Program-made: the position numbers and the translations under genes
Assembly: GCA_021811325.1 (NCBI GenBank)
Contig: JAJZPE010000005.1
Span: forward strand, 1-55,050
DNA: 55,050 nucleotides
Direction of reading: 5' to 3'
DNA from: Bacillota bacterium
GTDB lineage: Bacteria > Bacillota > Sulfobacillia > JAJYWN01 > JAJZPE01
Part shown: piece by piece, positions 53,819 to 55,050 of the stretch
How positions within the stretch are numbered: position 1 is the stretch's first letter
How the letters are laid out: each line of letters opens with the position of its first letter
The notes under the pieces: model-generated
The model's input: the letters and a program-made list of their open reading frames with translations, nothing else
The model's database searches: none
Told to the model about the DNA's origin: nothing

Positions 53819-54988
53819 TCAGACCAGTTCCAGCAGGAGCAACTCGACGGCCAGGGCCGGATCGACCTCGGTCGTCTTTATCTTCAGGTCGGTCTCGAAG
53901 ACGCGGGTCAGGGCGGCCGTCAGTTCGGCCGTCGTGAAGCCGCGGGCCTGTTCGACGAGGCGCGAGGCCAGGAACGGCTGGAGCCCCAGGGCGGCGGTCA
54001 CGGCGGCCGGGTCCTTCCCCGCGTCCATCAAGGCGCGCGCCCTCAACAGGCGCCGCAGCTGCATGGTGACGAGACCCATCACGGCCAGCGGGTAGACGCC
54101 CTGCCGGTGGAGGGCCCGGAGGAGGTCCAGGGCCTCGCCGCGCCGGCGGTAGCCGAGGGCGTCGAGGAGGTCCCACACGCGGCGCTCGGCCGTCGGCGAG
54201 GCCACGGCGGCGATGTCCCCGGCGGTGATGGCCGGGCCGTCTCCGGCATAGAGGGCCAGCTTCTGCAGCTCCGAGGCGACCGTCCGGAGGTCTTCGCCGA
54301 CCGTGTGGACCAGTTCCAGGGCCACGTTCTGGTCGAGCTTCTTCCCCAGCCGCTTGGCCCGGTCGGCGGCCCAGCGGGCGGCCTGCCAATCCTTGAGTCT
54401 GGCGCACTGGACGAGGGCGCCGGCCTTCTCCACGGCCTTGGTGACCTTGCGGCGCCGGTCGGGGTCGGGAAGCCGCCGCTCGCGGTCGCTGGTCAGGGTG
54501 AAGATGAGACAGGTGGTCGGGGACGGGTTGGCCAGGTAATTAAGGAGGGCGTGATCGCCGGCACCTTCGTCGCCGGCGTCCTCCCCGTCGCCTGAGCCCC
54601 GGGCATCGGCGCGGTCCGCGCTTTGGCCCTCCCCCGCCTCATCGGCGGCCTCGGCGGCGTCGCCCTCGTCGTCGGCCGCGCCGCGGGCGGCCGAGGCCTT
54701 GCGGCGTCCGGGGCGGAAGAAGCGGGCCTCGATGACCAGCACGAGGCGCCGGTCGGCCATGAACGGCAGGGTCTCGGCGGCGGCGGCGATGTCCCGCCCG
54801 TCGGCCGCGGCCCCGTCGAGCTTGTTGAGGTTGAAATCCTCGAGCCCGGGCGGCGTCAACTTCTGCCGGGCCAGGCCAATCAACTCGTCGAAGAGGAAGG
54901 TCTCCTCGCCGTAGAGCAGGTAGACCGGGCGGAACTGCCCGCGCTCGAATTCTTTGAGGGCTTCTTCGGCCTTCAGCGGCTGGCTCAT
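53819..54988 (-). CDS. holA: DNA polymerase III delta subunit
   Basis: PVYLLYGEE.FL, DFN, ETLPFMADRRLV, ELQKL.LY, VWDLLDA, D.KIK. Start is 54988 or 55036. Confidence 0.92.
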   Translation of the reverse strand: MSQPLKAEEALKEFERGQFRPVYLLYGEETFLFDELIGLARQKLTPPGLEDFNLNKLDGAAADGRDIAAAAETLPFMADRRLVLVIEARFFRPGRRKASAARGAADDEGDAAEAADEAGEGQSADRADARGSGDGEDAGDEGAGDHALLNYLANPSPTTCLIFTLTSDRERRLPDPDRRRKVTKAVEKAGALVQCARLKDWQAARWAADRAKRLGKKLDQNVALELVHTVGEDLRTVASELQKLALYAGDGPAITAGDIAAVASPTAERRVWDLLDALGYRRRGEALDLLRALHRQGVYPLAVMGLVTMQLRRLLRARALMDAGKDPAAVTAALGLQPFLASRLVEQARGFTTAELTAALTRVFETDLKIKTTEVDPALAVELLLLELV

Positions 54989-55050
54989 GGGGACTGGTTT
55001 CGACCCCCGCGGCGGAAAAACCTCCGCGCCCTTCATCCCCGCCGCCGCGG

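Overview
This is a high-GC chromosomal segment from an endospore-forming Bacillota (it carries spoIIP, yqfC, yqfD and sigE/F/G/K-like promoter motifs). Most of it is the conserved minus-strand block holA, (rpsT divergent), spoIIP, lepA, hemW, hrcA, dnaJ, prmA, mtaB, HIT, rpsU, yqeY, yqfC/D, phoH, pgpH, ybeY, dgkA, cdd, era, deoC, recO, T-box glyQS, PPDK regulator, ppdK, dGTPase, dnaG, sigA. An accessory block at 0.2-9.1 kb holds an AsnB-CofE-like fusion, arsR with an arsM-arsN2 fusion, a phosphotransferase, a yybP-ykoY riboswitch with a CaCA antiporter, and an amidinotransferase. The most striking observation is the CIRCE/HrcA heat-shock operon. It has no grpE and no full-length dnaK. Instead it encodes a thermosome-like (group III) chaperonin and a free-standing 82-aa protein with a strong RBS that matches DnaK subdomain IIB, followed by dnaJ and an in-frame PrmA-MtaB fusion (rsmE absent). 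Other oddities are an orphan MurT paralog without gatD and a holin-family gene in the usual gpr position. I saw no tRNA, rRNA, CRISPR array or transposase. All assignments come from motif recognition and synteny; no database searches were run.
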